Part shown: positions 10,266 through 21,598 of the stretch, piece by piece | Layout of the letters: every line of letters starts with the position of its first letter | Numbering within the stretch: the first letter of the stretch is position 1 | NCBI GenBank assembly: GCA_964553755.1 | Contig: CAZKLM010000002.1 | Location: forward strand, 5,021 to 69,020 | DNA from: an uncultured Acholeplasmataceae bacterium | Lineage (GTDB): Bacteria; Bacillota_I; Bacilli_A; Acholeplasmatales; Acholeplasmataceae | Direction: 5' to 3' | Length of the DNA: 64,000 bases | The notes under the pieces: generated by a model | The model's input: only the letters and a program-made list of their open reading frames with translations | Databases searched by the model: none | Told to the model about the DNA's origin: nothing | Position numbers and translations under genes: made by a program

Positions 10266-11270
10266 ATGAACGATTATGTGGAGCGATACATACATGATGT
10301 GATCCGACGATTACCAGACGCCATGCGCAAAGATGCTTCAGAACGCTTGCGGCGCATCATTGAGGATAAACAAAAGACACACGCGTTAGAAACGGTTCTT
10401 AAGGAACTTGGAACGCCTAGAATGGTTGCTACCGAACTTAAAAATGCAAAAACCTATGTGGTTGATCCAATGTTTTATGACGATTATGTTCACGTCTTAA
10501 GGATTGTGTTTTTCATGCTGATTTCTGTGGGCCTCGTCATGGGACTTATGGAGACGTTTTTTGATGCAACCCCTAGAACAAGCGCGCTTCTTGTGATTCG
10601 CCTAATTGAACGGGTCTTTTCCCATATGTTGGTAGGCGCCATGGCCGCTTTCTCATTGACCACGCTTTTTTATTGGTTTTTGAGCCGTTATGCGACTCAA
10701 CCGCGCGTGCTTTCGGATTGGACATTAGACGATTTACCAGAGATTCCGCGTAACCTCACGCTTAAAATAGATACCCCATCGACACGCATTGAATGGATTT
10801 TATCGATGACGATGGGACTGATTGGGATAATCATCCTCATCCGATACGCGGATGTCATCGGGTTTTACGATGAACGCGGATTAATCGCTCCCATCTTCAA
10901 TCCACAGGTGATTCAAACCTTTATTCCGTTTTTCATGATAGCCTTAGGTTTTCACGGCATGGTGGGCGTCATGAAACGTTTAAACACATCATGGAACATA
11001 GGATTGGGTTTGTTTCATACAGCAACCATATTGCTTTTTGTTAGTGTCTTTGTTTTGTTTATCCATCAACCCACACTCATCCTATTTGATGCCTATTTCA
11101 CGTACGCAAGGTTGCACAATGTTCCTATCATGACACTCCAAAGACGTGTTGAAGATGGCATCATGATGGTGACCTATATCGTTGCAGGGTTAGCACTAAT
11201 GGATCTTATCTTCGTCTGGTACCGCTTATTAAAAAAAGGCGATGCTCGCCTTAATACAAAAACGGAATGA
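10266..11270 (+). CDS. Membrane protein with N-terminal HAAS-like signalling domain
   Basis: YVERYIHDVIRRLP...VLKELGTPRMVA N-terminus then about 6 TM helices; RBS AAGGAG. Confidence 0.65.
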   Translation: MNDYVERYIHDVIRRLPDAMRKDASERLRRIIEDKQKTHALETVLKELGTPRMVATELKNAKTYVVDPMFYDDYVHVLRIVFFMLISVGLVMGLMETFFDATPRTSALLVIRLIERVFSHMLVGAMAAFSLTTLFYWFLSRYATQPRVLSDWTLDDLPEIPRNLTLKIDTPSTRIEWILSMTMGLIGIIILIRYADVIGFYDERGLIAPIFNPQVIQTFIPFFMIALGFHGMVGVMKRLNTSWNIGLGLFHTATILLFVSVFVLFIHQPTLILFDAYFTYARLHNVPIMTLQRRVEDGIMMVTYIVAGLALMDLIFVWYRLLKKGDARLNTKTE

Positions 11271-11811
11271 TTTTTTTGGTTTCTTTCTGATAGGTTGTGT
11301 AGTGTTCTTGGTAATGCTTGACCAATGCCCGTTCTTCCACATGGATTCGATAAAGAAAGGCCCCTGTTGGAACAATGAAAGCAATCCATGAACTTAAGGG
11401 ATACGCATAAACCAAACTAACCCCGATGAAGATCATCATCTCCCCTAGATAGCTAGGATGTCTAATGAATTTATACAGTCCCTGTTTGAACAGGGTTTTT
11501 TCTTTTTGAATCATGATGTGGTCGGTGAAACTTTTTCCCAATTGCCAAATCGCAATCATCCGAATGATGAGCCCTAAAACCATCACCAAAAGTCCAAAAT
11601 AACGGAAAAATGTAAAGGGTTCTGAGAAGGCGATTCTGCTTTCTAAGAAAAGCTGACCCGCTCCCATACCAAAAAGGATACCCAGTATAATCACATATTT
11701 GGAGGTTTTCTCAACCGTGTAATGGCTTCCCTTTTTATTATGGAAAAGCATGATGTAACCATCCAGTAAAACCCACAGGGCTACGATGATAAAGAAGATG
11801 ATGTGTCCCAT
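11251..11811 (-). CDS. Isoprenylcysteine carboxyl methyltransferase (ICMT/Ste14) family protein
   Basis: LGKSF, GLYKFIRHPSYLG, RIHVEERAL, IIPFLY. Confidence 0.88.
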   Translation of the reverse strand: MGHIIFFIIVALWVLLDGYIMLFHNKKGSHYTVEKTSKYVIILGILFGMGAGQLFLESRIAFSEPFTFFRYFGLLVMVLGLIIRMIAIWQLGKSFTDHIMIQKEKTLFKQGLYKFIRHPSYLGEMMIFIGVSLVYAYPLSSWIAFIVPTGAFLYRIHVEERALVKHYQEHYTTYQKETKKIIPFLY

Positions 11812-11862
11812 GTTTTCACCCTTTCTATGTTTGTATCAGTATAACATAAACCATCATTCTTT

Positions 11863-13236
11863 TCACATCAATTGATTCATTTGCTCAACATAAAGGTCGA
11901 TATCAAATTTTCGCTTCAATCCCTCTTGATTCATGTAACGCAAGCTTCCAAAAATCGAGCGTTGGGTCCAAGGCCGATCGTGTTTTCCAAAACACCAAGC
12001 AACACCGGCATACCCATTCGGATCCCTTCCGTCAATAAAGTACGTGTTATTCAATGACAAAATGGTGTGGTAAGCTTCACGGTAATCGGGAGTCCATTCA
12101 ATGATTTTTTTAGCCCAATACATCCGCATGTAATTGTGCATATACCCGGTTTTCACCATTTGTTTCATCGCAGCATTAAAGTAAGGGTCATGTGTTTGGA
12201 AATGGACATAATCGTTTTTCGTATAACGATAAGGACGAGGATCATGTTGATGATGGGCCATGGTTTGATACGCCCAGGGTTCGGTCATATGGTCAAACTG
12301 GTCGTATAAAGGTTGGTAATAAACATAATTAATAGCCAACTCGCGTCGGACAAATAGTTGTTCAATAAAGGCATCCAGTACCGTGTTTGGCACAGCGTTT
12401 TGAGTCGCATAGGCAAGCGTGTGTTCGACTACTTCAAGGCTTGATAATTGGCCAAAATGAAGGTACATCGATAACGTGGATGTGGCGTTTAAACTGGGGT
12501 CGTTGCTCTGATCATAGCGCCACAAATCCTGTTTAAGAAAATGGTTTAACCGTTTAATACCTTGAGTATGTCCGGGTAGAAAATAGGGGGTAGGCAACAC
12601 CGAATGATCAATCGCCAATGCTTTAAGCAAAGCATCAACATCATCCAAAGGATGATCAGAAGGTAGTCCAATCTTGGTCTTTTGTTCAAGCAGCGATAAC
12701 CGGACAAAATCCCGATAAAAAGGCAACATTCGATGCAAGGTTGGACGAATGACGTAAGCCCCATATGCGGCCTTGGGATAAGCCGATTGAACCGGAACGA
12801 TAGCATCGGATTCGATAGAATAGATTTCCAATACATCGTTAAACTGCGATTGAACCGCTAGATGCCACGCTCGCTGATGTCTAAGATAACCGGTATCCAA
12901 AACTAAGGTATCGATGTTTTTTGCATAATCGTTAAGAACATGAAGAGGGTCACCTAACCGAAAAACAAAGGTTGCTCCGAGTTGTTCAAGGGAAGACTTG
13001 GTTTCTTTAAGTCCCTCTAACATAAAGTGAAAATGACGTTGATTCGCATCAGGATACGTTTCAATCAAGCAAAAAAGAACGACTAAGGGAAGTCGTTTTT
13101 GATTGGCTTTTTGAATAGCAAATTCAAGCGCATGATTAAAATCCACACGTTGCGATTGCTGCATCCAATAAAGAACATAGTCCCCTTTTCTCAAAGGCGT
13201 TGATGGGGTCAATTGGGTGATGCGATGGACGTTCAT
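11863..13236 (-). CDS. phr: Class II CPD photolyase
   Basis: VLYWMQQSQR, NHAL, LSMYLHFGQLS, EQLFVRRELA, GYMHNYMRMYWAKKIIEW, DGRDPNGYAG. Confidence 0.93.
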   Translation of the reverse strand: MNVHRITQLTPSTPLRKGDYVLYWMQQSQRVDFNHALEFAIQKANQKRLPLVVLFCLIETYPDANQRHFHFMLEGLKETKSSLEQLGATFVFRLGDPLHVLNDYAKNIDTLVLDTGYLRHQRAWHLAVQSQFNDVLEIYSIESDAIVPVQSAYPKAAYGAYVIRPTLHRMLPFYRDFVRLSLLEQKTKIGLPSDHPLDDVDALLKALAIDHSVLPTPYFLPGHTQGIKRLNHFLKQDLWRYDQSNDPSLNATSTLSMYLHFGQLSSLEVVEHTLAYATQNAVPNTVLDAFIEQLFVRRELAINYVYYQPLYDQFDHMTEPWAYQTMAHHQHDPRPYRYTKNDYVHFQTHDPYFNAAMKQMVKTGYMHNYMRMYWAKKIIEWTPDYREAYHTILSLNNTYFIDGRDPNGYAGVAWCFGKHDRPWTQRSIFGSLRYMNQEGLKRKFDIDLYVEQMNQLM

Positions 13237-14364
13237 TTAGCGTTTAATCCCTGTGCAATAGGTTTCCAAAGGCGTAAGTGAATCATCCAAGACCACCAAA
13301 TCTGCATCCATTCCAATTGCGATAGATCCTTTCCGATGGTCAACTCCTAAAAGTTTGGCGGGATTGGAAGAGGCCATTCGGATTAAATCGTGCATGCCGC
13401 ATCCTGTTATCTTTTTCATGTTTTTTACCGCATCGATCATACGAAGCACACTTCCTGCAAGTGTTCCATCTTGGAGACGAGCTTGATGGTTGTGGACAAA
13501 AACATCTTGACCCCCTAATGAATAGGTTCCATCTTCCAACAGTTTAGCGCGCATGGCATCGGTGATAAGAATGATCCGATGGCTAGTCTTTGCTTTATAG
13601 AGCAGTTGAATCGCTCGTTCGGATGTATGAACACCGTCTGCGATGATTTCAACATAACAGGTATCATCCAAAAGCATCATGCCCACAACACCTAAATCAC
13701 GGTGATGGAGACGACTCATGGCGTTAAATCCATGGGTGAAGGATAGAACCCCCGATTGGATTGCGGCCACCACCTCATGATCCGTGGCGTTTGAATGACC
13801 AATAGAAGGAACAATGTGTTGCTGTTTCAGATGCGCAATCAGCTCGAGAGCTCCTTTTTGTTCTGGGGCTAAAGTGACTAATTTAATTAAGTGATTGGAG
13901 GCATCATTCAAGGCATCAAAATAAGCAATAGAGGGACGTTCAATCGCATCCTCTCTTTGAGCCCCCTTGAAAACAGGGGAAATAAAAGGGCCTTCTAAGT
14001 GAACCCCTAAAAGTTCGGCTCCAATCCCCTTTTGATTCGCATGATAGGTGCGAATCTGAGTTAAAGCATGAAGAATGTTTTCCTTTGAATCGGTCATGGT
14101 TGTAGCTAAAAAAGCGGTTGTTCCTTCTTTGGGCAACATCGTTGCTATGCGCTCATAAGCAGCCAAGGAAGCATCCATGGCATCATGCCCTGAAACCCCA
14201 TGAATATGTTGATCAATAAAACCAGGCACGAGCATCGCTTGATGCATATCGATTCCATCGATGTCACCTGTTCCAATGTCACGAATGTGCTCATCAAACG
14301 TGATGTATCCATTTTCAAGAACATGATCAGGCAAATAAATCCTTAGATTTTTTAATGTTGTCAT
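13237..14364 (-). CDS. nagA: N-acetylglucosamine-6-phosphate deacetylase
   Basis: PGFIDQHIHG, GVHLEGPFIS, TLAPE, THGFNAM, IIADGVH, LITDAM, GTLAGS. Confidence 0.96.
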   Translation of the reverse strand: MTTLKNLRIYLPDHVLENGYITFDEHIRDIGTGDIDGIDMHQAMLVPGFIDQHIHGVSGHDAMDASLAAYERIATMLPKEGTTAFLATTMTDSKENILHALTQIRTYHANQKGIGAELLGVHLEGPFISPVFKGAQREDAIERPSIAYFDALNDASNHLIKLVTLAPEQKGALELIAHLKQQHIVPSIGHSNATDHEVVAAIQSGVLSFTHGFNAMSRLHHRDLGVVGMMLLDDTCYVEIIADGVHTSERAIQLLYKAKTSHRIILITDAMRAKLLEDGTYSLGGQDVFVHNHQARLQDGTLAGSVLRMIDAVKNMKKITGCGMHDLIRMASSNPAKLLGVDHRKGSIAIGMDADLVVLDDSLTPLETYCTGIKR

Positions 14365-14367
14365 GGT

Positions 14368-15114
14368 TTAACCTCGATTCAAGAGATGTGTATTTAATAG
14401 AGAAGCAGCTTTATCATCTAAGTAGATGAAGAGATTAGGATGGTTTCTTAAAATCGATGCAGGACAGGATTCTGATATCGGTCCTTCTAGCATGGCTTGA
14501 ATCGCTTTGGCCTTGTTTTGTCCGGTGGCCACTAGCACAATTTTTTGAGCTTTCATGATGGTGGAAATGCCCATGGTAATGGCTTGATGAGGGACTGAAT
14601 GTAAAGCGTCAAAAAAACGTGCATTATCCATTCGTGTTTTAGAATCCAATGTTACCACGTGGGTTTTAGAATCAAACGGGGTGCCGGGTTCATTAAACGC
14701 GATGTGTCCGTTGCTGCCAATGCCCAATAATTGAATGTGAATGGGGTGTTCCAAAATGAGGGTTTCATACCGTTCGCATTCAGATACCAAATCCGAAGCC
14801 AGCCCATTAGGGATATGACGTTGATTTGGCTGAAGGTTTAAAGCATCCCACAAATGGCGGCTCATAAAATGAGCGTAAGACTGATCAGAAGAAGCAGATA
14901 GACCCACATACTCATCCAAATTGAAGGTGGTCAAAAATCGGGTGTCAAAGGCATCTTTTTGATAATGAGCAACAAGATGTTTATAGATTTCAATGGGTGT
15001 GCTCCCAGTCGCAAGTCCCCAAACGGTTTTTGGATTATTCCGCAAGGAATCGATAAACAATTGGGCGACATCGCGATAAAGCGAAGGGTGTGTGTGATAA
15101 AGGGTAATGTGCAT
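14368..15114 (-). CDS. nagB: Glucosamine-6-phosphate deaminase
   Basis: GLATGSTP, TFNLDEYVGL, LLGIGSNGHIAFNEPG, AITMGI, CPASIL. Confidence 0.96.
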   Translation of the reverse strand: MHITLYHTHPSLYRDVAQLFIDSLRNNPKTVWGLATGSTPIEIYKHLVAHYQKDAFDTRFLTTFNLDEYVGLSASSDQSYAHFMSRHLWDALNLQPNQRHIPNGLASDLVSECERYETLILEHPIHIQLLGIGSNGHIAFNEPGTPFDSKTHVVTLDSKTRMDNARFFDALHSVPHQAITMGISTIMKAQKIVLVATGQNKAKAIQAMLEGPISESCPASILRNHPNLFIYLDDKAASLLNTHLLNRG

Positions 15115-15214
15115 GATTTAATCTCCTCGTGCTTGATACTCTTATTTTAAAAGTGATTGACAAAATTCACAAGCATATGGCCCATATTTGCAGATATTGA
15201 AACAATCTTTCGAT

Positions 15215-15235
15215 AAAAAACCCCTTTTAGGGGTC
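15215..15235 (-). terminator. Intrinsic terminator after cysteine synthase gene
   Basis: Minus strand ACCCCT-aaa-AGGGGT then T run. Confidence 0.65.
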
Positions 15236-16300
15236 TTATTTGCGGGTGCAATAGTATTCACTGGAAAAACCGATATCTTTGGAGGTCACGACAGTTTCAA
15301 CAAAGAGTTTGGAGATTTGAGGACTAATGAAATCCGGTTTTACGGGTTCATCCAACATGAGTGCTGTGCTCAAATACTTTTTGTTGTCATCTGAAAAAAC
15401 TGTGCAAACCACGGCATCATCGCCTAATCGTTCGAATGCCTTTACGGCGGCAATGAAATTCGCACCAGATGAGATTCCAACTCCCATGCCGAGTTTGCAT
15501 GCCAATTTTTGTGCCATTAAAATGGCATCGCCATCATCCACAGCAATGACCTCATCTAAAAAATCAAGTTTGACCAGTTCAGGTATAAATTCATCAGAGA
15601 TGCCTTCGATGCGATGCTTCCCGGTTTTGTAACCGGTGCTCAGCGTAGGCGAATTGGAGGGTTCAACTGGAAATAATTTGCAGTTAGGAACTTTTGATCG
15701 TAGAAATTTACCGGTTCCCATGATGGTTCCACCGGTTCCAACTCCAGCAACGAAAGCATCAATGGATAACCCCAAATGTTTCAGTTGATGAAAGATTTCG
15801 GGACCTGTGCTTCGAAAATGAGCATCCACGTTATTTACGTTTTTAAACTGGGAAGGTAAAAAAACATTCGGATGTGTTTCCGCATATTCACGCGCCTTAC
15901 GAATGCTTCCTAAAAAGCCGCCCTCCTCCTTGCTAACCAAGGTGATCGAGGCACCAAAACTTCGAATAAGGCTCACCCGTTCTTTGCTCAACCAATCGGG
16001 CATGAAAATCTTGACAGGATGACCCAAAGCAGAGCCAAGTGCGGAAAACGAAATACCGGTGTTTCCACTGGTTGCTTCAACAATCTCCGTATCCGAATGA
16101 ATGAGCCCTTGTTGGTAGGCTTCATGTAAAATATGAAGGGCCATTCGGTCCTTCACACTTCCGGTCAAATTGTAGTGTTCATGCTTCACGTACAATGTAC
16201 GCTGTTTTCCTAAATAATCAAAACTGAGTTTACTAAGTGGGGTATTGCCAATGAAATTGCACAGATGCTGAAACTTCTGGCAATGGCGGTATTTGATCAT
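15236..16300 (-). CDS. cysK: PLP-dependent cysteine synthase family protein
   Basis: [15 protein letters not shown] (PLP lysine), [29 protein letters not shown]. Confidence 0.85.
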   Translation of the reverse strand: MIKYRHCQKFQHLCNFIGNTPLSKLSFDYLGKQRTLYVKHEHYNLTGSVKDRMALHILHEAYQQGLIHSDTEIVEATSGNTGISFSALGSALGHPVKIFMPDWLSKERVSLIRSFGASITLVSKEEGGFLGSIRKAREYAETHPNVFLPSQFKNVNNVDAHFRSTGPEIFHQLKHLGLSIDAFVAGVGTGGTIMGTGKFLRSKVPNCKLFPVEPSNSPTLSTGYKTGKHRIEGISDEFIPELVKLDFLDEVIAVDDGDAILMAQKLACKLGMGVGISSGANFIAAVKAFERLGDDAVVCTVFSDDNKKYLSTALMLDEPVKPDFISPQISKLFVETVVTSKDIGFSSEYYCTRK

Positions 16301-16317
16301 GAAAACTCCTTGGATGA

Positions 16318-16992
16318 CTAATTGACGTAGGGACGCTCTTCCTCTTTATCCTTGACAGGATCACCTATGGGTTGGTCGTCTTTGCCTGGGGTTTGAACTC
16401 CAGATTCTTTTGCCTTAACTGCATTTAATTCTTTTTGAAAAACACGGTATTTTTGATACCCACCGTATCCATCAACGCCCAAATAAGAAGCACCCACTAA
16501 TGAGATGAGAAGGAGGATGAATCCAATGGTTCGTTCACTAAAATCGGGATAAGATGCCACCAAAACACCCAATGTTAAGGAAACTATATGAATCCAAAAT
16601 TTGGGAACCTCTGTTTTTTCACCAAAGAAGACAACGGAACTGAAATACACTAAGCCGCGTGCATAGAAGAAAAACGCCAGTGAAAAACGGTAAACTAAAC
16701 TGATAGCAGCATTGTTTCCAATTTGATTGGCATGTGCAATACCAATATAGATTAAGACTCCTCCAATGATCGTGTCAAAAATGATTTCAATCAAATTAAT
16801 GGTGCGCAGCACCTCTTTATTTAATGATTTAAGCAACGGAATGACGCGGAACAAGGAAAAAATGACAATCGCAATCCCTGTGATAACGAAAACCACTGTA
16901 TCAGCAAAGACCATATAAATCCCTACACCAATCAAAATGGCAGCAAGAATAAACTTTAATACCCATCCGTAACCATATTTCGCTTTAGCCAT
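16318..16992 (-). CDS. Hypothetical integral membrane protein (6 TM)
   Basis: Hydrophobic segments, charged C-terminal tail, RBS AGGAGG. Confidence 0.75.
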   Translation of the reverse strand: MAKAKYGYGWVLKFILAAILIGVGIYMVFADTVVFVITGIAIVIFSLFRVIPLLKSLNKEVLRTINLIEIIFDTIIGGVLIYIGIAHANQIGNNAAISLVYRFSLAFFFYARGLVYFSSVVFFGEKTEVPKFWIHIVSLTLGVLVASYPDFSERTIGFILLLISLVGASYLGVDGYGGYQKYRVFQKELNAVKAKESGVQTPGKDDQPIGDPVKDKEEERPYVN

Positions 16993-17101
16993 GTGTGAAA
17001 ACCTCCTTGACTCTTATACCTCAAATTATACTTGAAATCCTTCAGTTTTGCAAACGGATAAAGACGAAATAAACAGGAACATCACAAGGATTATCATTCT
17101 A

Positions 17102-17110
17102 TGATATAAT
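17102..17110 (+). promoter_or_regulatory. Extended -10 promoter of glmS
   Basis: TG-A-TATAAT 21 nt before ATG. Confidence 0.6.
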
Positions 17111-17131
17111 AAAAAAAACAGGAGGCATCCT

Positions 17132-18916
17132 ATGTGTGGTATTGTTGGTTTTATTGGTAATCAAAACGCGAAAGACATCATTTTGAAGGGGTTAACCCGA
17201 TTAGAATACCGTGGCTATGATTCAGCAGGCATGAGTCTTTTTAACCATCGATATCAAATTTATGACGTGTATAAAGATGTGGGTCGTGTTGCCAAACTCA
17301 TTCAGTTATCGGAACAAGCACCGCTATCGAATATCGGCATTGGTCATACCCGCTGGGCGACCCATGGAAAGGTGAACAAAGAAAACTCACACCCCCATTT
17401 CTCGCAAACCAAACGGTTCATGATTGTGCACAATGGGGTGATTGATAACGATTTAGAACTTAAAGATCAATATTTAAGACACGCTAAATTTGAAAGCGAA
17501 ACCGATACTGAAGTGATTGCACAATTGATTGAGACATTTGCTCAAACACTTCATGTTGAAAACGCCATTACAACCACCTTAAAACTGCTTCATGGTTCGT
17601 ATGCTTTATTGATTTTGGATGCGAGCGACCCAGAAAAAATTTATGCGGCAAAAAGCAAGAGCCCATTGTTAATTGGAAAAGGGGAAACCGGTTGGACCAT
17701 TGCATCCGATTTGATGGCATTAGTGGGAACTGCAACCGATTATTATCCCATGCGTGATCAAACCCTTGTTGTTGCAACCAAATCACGGTTAAACATGTTT
17801 GACCTGCACCACCAACCCATAACCGTGGATTTTCGTCCCATCGAAATGGATGACCAAGATACGACTAAAGGAGATTTTCCGCACTTCATGTTGAAGGAAA
17901 TTCATGAACAACCTTCAGTCATTAGACGTATTTTAACCCACTATTCAAAAGAGGGAGATTTAAACATTCCACAAGCAATCAAAGATGAGATTTGGAAATC
18001 CGATCGAATCTATATGCTTGCAGCGGGGACCTCCATGCATGCAGCACTAATTGGCAAGGTTCTCTTTGAGACAATCCTTCATAAACCGGTCGACGTTCAT
18101 ATCGCATCCGAGTTCGCGTATCAAAAACCAATCCTATCATTCAAGCCGTTTTTCATTCTCATTACACAATCTGGAGAAACTGCGGATTTAAGGGCTTGCC
18201 TAACCCTATTGAATCAAGCTTTATATCGGTCATTAACGATTACCAATGTCATCACATCCACTTTAGCAAGAGAGGCGACCTACGCACTAGAACTTTTTGC
18301 AGGACCTGAGATTGCTGTTGCATCCACGAAAGCGTATGTGGCTCAAATTTCGCTACTTGCACTGATTGCTGATCAGTGTGCCAACGAAAAACCTTTTGAC
18401 TTAAAAAAGGAACTCACTAAGGTCGCTTTATCGATGGAGTCGTTTTTAAACCGTGAAACCATCAAAGCCACCATTGAACCCTTTTTAACCAAACGAAACT
18501 GTTTTTACATTGGGCGAGGAATGGATTATTTTGTTGCACTTGAAGCGGCTTTAAAACTAAAAGAAATTTCCTATATTCAAACCGAAGGATTTGCTGCAGG
18601 AGAGCTGAAGCACGGAACGATTGCATTGATTGAAGAGGGAACTCCAGTGATCGCAATCATTTCTGATCCTCGTATTCAACTGAACACACGTTCGAACTTG
18701 AAAGAAGTGATGTCAAGAGGTGCTAACACCTTAGTCATTTCCTTAAAATCGTCAAGTCAGCCTCAAGACCCCATTATTTTAGAGGATGTTCATTGGCTGC
18801 TTTCCAGTTTAATTACCGTTATTCCAACCCAATTGATTGCATACTATGCGGCACTCTTAAGAGGCCACGATATCGATAAACCTAGAAACCTTGCGAAAAG
18901 CGTAACGGTAGAATAG
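17132..18916 (+). CDS. glmS: Glutamine--fructose-6-phosphate transaminase (isomerizing)
   Basis: MCGIVG, LEYRGYDSAG, GHTRWATHG, QSGETAD, VASTKAY, GELKHG, PRNLAKSVTVE. Confidence 0.98.
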   Translation: MCGIVGFIGNQNAKDIILKGLTRLEYRGYDSAGMSLFNHRYQIYDVYKDVGRVAKLIQLSEQAPLSNIGIGHTRWATHGKVNKENSHPHFSQTKRFMIVHNGVIDNDLELKDQYLRHAKFESETDTEVIAQLIETFAQTLHVENAITTTLKLLHGSYALLILDASDPEKIYAAKSKSPLLIGKGETGWTIASDLMALVGTATDYYPMRDQTLVVATKSRLNMFDLHHQPITVDFRPIEMDDQDTTKGDFPHFMLKEIHEQPSVIRRILTHYSKEGDLNIPQAIKDEIWKSDRIYMLAAGTSMHAALIGKVLFETILHKPVDVHIASEFAYQKPILSFKPFFILITQSGETADLRACLTLLNQALYRSLTITNVITSTLAREATYALELFAGPEIAVASTKAYVAQISLLALIADQCANEKPFDLKKELTKVALSMESFLNRETIKATIEPFLTKRNCFYIGRGMDYFVALEAALKLKEISYIQTEGFAAGELKHGTIALIEEGTPVIAIISDPRIQLNTRSNLKEVMSRGANTLVISLKSSSQPQDPIILEDVHWLLSSLITVIPTQLIAYYAALLRGHDIDKPRNLAKSVTVE

Positions 18917-18928
18917 AGAGGTAATTCC

Positions 18929-19435
18929 ATGCGAAGAAGAATTCTTGAAGTCACGCCACTGATTAGTTTGTTATTGTTTTTATTTGCAACGTTTTATTTA
19001 CAAAACCCATCCTTAGGATGGACCTTCTTTTTACTGATTCCACTATCATGGATTTTATTAACAGGAAACATCAAACGGAAAATCCAAGAGTCCATGCCAT
19101 TCATCGCTCTTATGGTTTTCTTATGGCTAGGGTTTGGCTTAAAGGCTTGGAACCCGGGTTGGTTGGTTTTCCTCTCTGTTCCCCTTGTGAACACCATCAT
19201 CGAAAAGAAAGTGACGGCACGAAAACTCGTCATGTATACCATCACCGCGCTTTACATCGTTTTGAGTCTTTTTGTGGTTAAGGAATGGCACCCAACTTGG
19301 ATTATTTTCTTGATGATTCCGATCATTAACACCCTCTTTTTCCCTCAAAAAAACGCCTATATATCTTTTTCCAAGCAGTCCTTCCGCAAAACGTTTGATC
19401 GAGTGATCATTAATGAGGAAAGCGACGATTTTTGA
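18929..19435 (+). CDS. Hypothetical membrane protein with three helical-hairpin repeats
   Basis: Repeated W-x-x-F-L-x-[IV]P units (GWTFFLLIP, WNPGWLVFLSVP, WHPTWIIFLMIP); RBS GAGG. Confidence 0.7.
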   Translation: MRRRILEVTPLISLLLFLFATFYLQNPSLGWTFFLLIPLSWILLTGNIKRKIQESMPFIALMVFLWLGFGLKAWNPGWLVFLSVPLVNTIIEKKVTARKLVMYTITALYIVLSLFVVKEWHPTWIIFLMIPIINTLFFPQKNAYISFSKQSFRKTFDRVIINEESDDF

Positions 19436-19597
19436 TTAAATGAAGGAAAGAAACAACAGATAAAGAATTGAAAATTTTTTAGTCCAAGCCACAGTTTATA
19501 AATACTAAACAAAAAAATTAGTAATATTAAAAATTTACTTGCAATATCTTTGTTTTTTTGATACCATAAGTATCGTGTTAAGAAAGGAATGACTGTC

Positions 19598-20773
19598 ATG
19601 GAAAACAAAAAACTATTTACTTCAGAATCCGTAACAGAAGGGCATCCCGATAAAATTTGTGATCAGATTTCTGATGCAATTTTAGATGCTATCTTAAACG
19701 ATGATCCAAATGCCCGTGTGGCATGCGAGACCGCTGTAACAACCGGATTAGTTTTGGTGATGGGAGAAATCACAACCGAAACATACGTTGACATTCAAAA
19801 GATTGTAAGGCGTGTCGTTAAAGACATAGGGTATGACCGCGGAAAATATGGGTTTGACGCAGAAACCATGGGTGTTTTAGTTGCTATTGACCCACAATCC
19901 CCGGATATTGCTATGGGCGTTGATGAAGGCAAAGGCGGAAAAATAGAACAAGGGGCGGGCGATCAAGGGCTGATGTTTGGCTATGCAACCAACGAAACAC
20001 CCGAGTACATGCCAATCACCATTGTTTTGGCACACCGATTAGCCAAACGTTTGGCAGAGGTCCGTAAATCTGGTTTATTGGGGTATTTAAGACCCGATGG
20101 GAAAACCCAAGTGACCATGGAATTTGATGATCACGAACGGGCGATTCGGCTTGATGCCGTTGTGGTCTCATCGCAACATGCACCCAATATTAAACAAGAA
20201 CAAATCCATCATGATATTTTTAAGCATGTAATTAAACCCGTTATACCTGCGCACTTTATGGATCAAAAGACGAAGGTCTTCATCAATCCTACTGGAAAAT
20301 TTGTGATTGGAGGTCCGCATGGCGATAGCGGCTTAACCGGTCGAAAAATCATCGTGGATACCTATGGGGGTTATGCCCGTCATGGCGGCGGTGCTTTTAG
20401 TGGAAAAGATCCCTCAAAAGTGGACCGAAGTGCAGCTTATGCGGCTCGTTATGTGGCTAAACATGTGGTTGCAGCAGGACTAGCCGATCGGTGCGAGATT
20501 CAGCTTTCCTACGCCATTGGTGTTGCTGAACCCACAAGCATTCGCATCGATACCTTTGGGTCTAGCAAATACCCAGAGTCGACTATCATTTCAGCCATTC
20601 GAAAGGTGTTCAATTTAAAACCTAAAGGCATTATTGATATGTTGGATTTAAAACGGCCTATTTATCAACAAACAGCCGCTTACGGTCACTTCGGTCGAAA
20701 TGACTTAGACTTGCCATGGGAACGGCTTGATCGTCTTGAGGCGTTAATCTTAGCCATTGGTAACGAGAAATGA
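19598..20773 (+). CDS. metK: S-adenosylmethionine synthetase
   Basis: [44 protein letters not shown]. Confidence 0.98.
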   Translation: MENKKLFTSESVTEGHPDKICDQISDAILDAILNDDPNARVACETAVTTGLVLVMGEITTETYVDIQKIVRRVVKDIGYDRGKYGFDAETMGVLVAIDPQSPDIAMGVDEGKGGKIEQGAGDQGLMFGYATNETPEYMPITIVLAHRLAKRLAEVRKSGLLGYLRPDGKTQVTMEFDDHERAIRLDAVVVSSQHAPNIKQEQIHHDIFKHVIKPVIPAHFMDQKTKVFINPTGKFVIGGPHGDSGLTGRKIIVDTYGGYARHGGGAFSGKDPSKVDRSAAYAARYVAKHVVAAGLADRCEIQLSYAIGVAEPTSIRIDTFGSSKYPESTIISAIRKVFNLKPKGIIDMLDLKRPIYQQTAAYGHFGRNDLDLPWERLDRLEALILAIGNEK

Positions 20774-21597
20774 TGGAGAAATTGGCCCTTTACGGATTTA
20801 ATAATCTGACGAAATCCTTATCGTTTAACATCTATGATATTTGCATTACAGAAACGAAAAAGGAAAGGGAAGCCTACATTAAATACATCGACGAGATGTA
20901 CAACTCCAAACGATTAACTGAAATTCTAGAAGAAGTGACGCAACGGATTGGCGCGCACATTTTAAGCATATCAAAACAAGATTATGAACCTCAAGGAGCC
21001 AGTGTCACCATCTTGATTAGCGAGCAAGAAGTGCCCATCATGGCGGTAGATGATTCCTGCAACCGAGGTATTTTGACTCCCATTAACAAGACCGTTGTCG
21101 CGCATTTAGACAAGTCCCATATTACCGTTCATTCGTATCCGGAATCGCATCCTGAAGCAGGCGTTTCTACGTTTCGAGTGGATATCGATGTAGCAACATG
21201 TGGTGAGATTTCTCCACTGAATGCGCTCAATTACTTGATTTCAAGTTTTGACTCAGACATCATTACCGTGGATTATCGAGTCAGAGGATTCACACGGCTT
21301 GCGAGTGGAAAAAAAGTGTTCATTGATCACGATATCGACACCATCCAAGATTACATTAAGCAAGAAACGATTGATCTTTACCAAATGATTGATGTTAACG
21401 TGTATCAAGAAAACATTTTCCATACCAAAATGATGCTTAAAGATTTGGATTTAGACAACTATCTATTCGGGAAAACCAAAGAAGAACTCACCCCCTCAAG
21501 ACAAAAGAAACTGCTTGATTGCTTGAAACATGAAATGAAAGAAATCTATTACGGCATGAACTTGTTCGAGCATAAAGGGCTTACTAAGGAGGATTGA
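20770..21597 (+). CDS. speD: S-adenosylmethionine decarboxylase proenzyme (E. coli-type long form)
   Basis: [34 protein letters not shown] self-cleavage site, [17 protein letters not shown]. Confidence 0.95.
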   Translation: MMEKLALYGFNNLTKSLSFNIYDICITETKKEREAYIKYIDEMYNSKRLTEILEEVTQRIGAHILSISKQDYEPQGASVTILISEQEVPIMAVDDSCNRGILTPINKTVVAHLDKSHITVHSYPESHPEAGVSTFRVDIDVATCGEISPLNALNYLISSFDSDIITVDYRVRGFTRLASGKKVFIDHDIDTIQDYIKQETIDLYQMIDVNVYQENIFHTKMMLKDLDLDNYLFGKTKEELTPSRQKKLLDCLKHEMKEIYYGMNLFEHKGLTKED

Positions 21598-21598
21598 C

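Noticed and set aside
16993..17131. glmS ribozyme
   Set aside because: The -10 lies about 20 nt before the ATG, leaving no room, and no AGCGCC core is visible
19436..19597. SAM riboswitch upstream of metK
   Set aside because: AT-rich spacer with no recognisable S-box core or leader terminator
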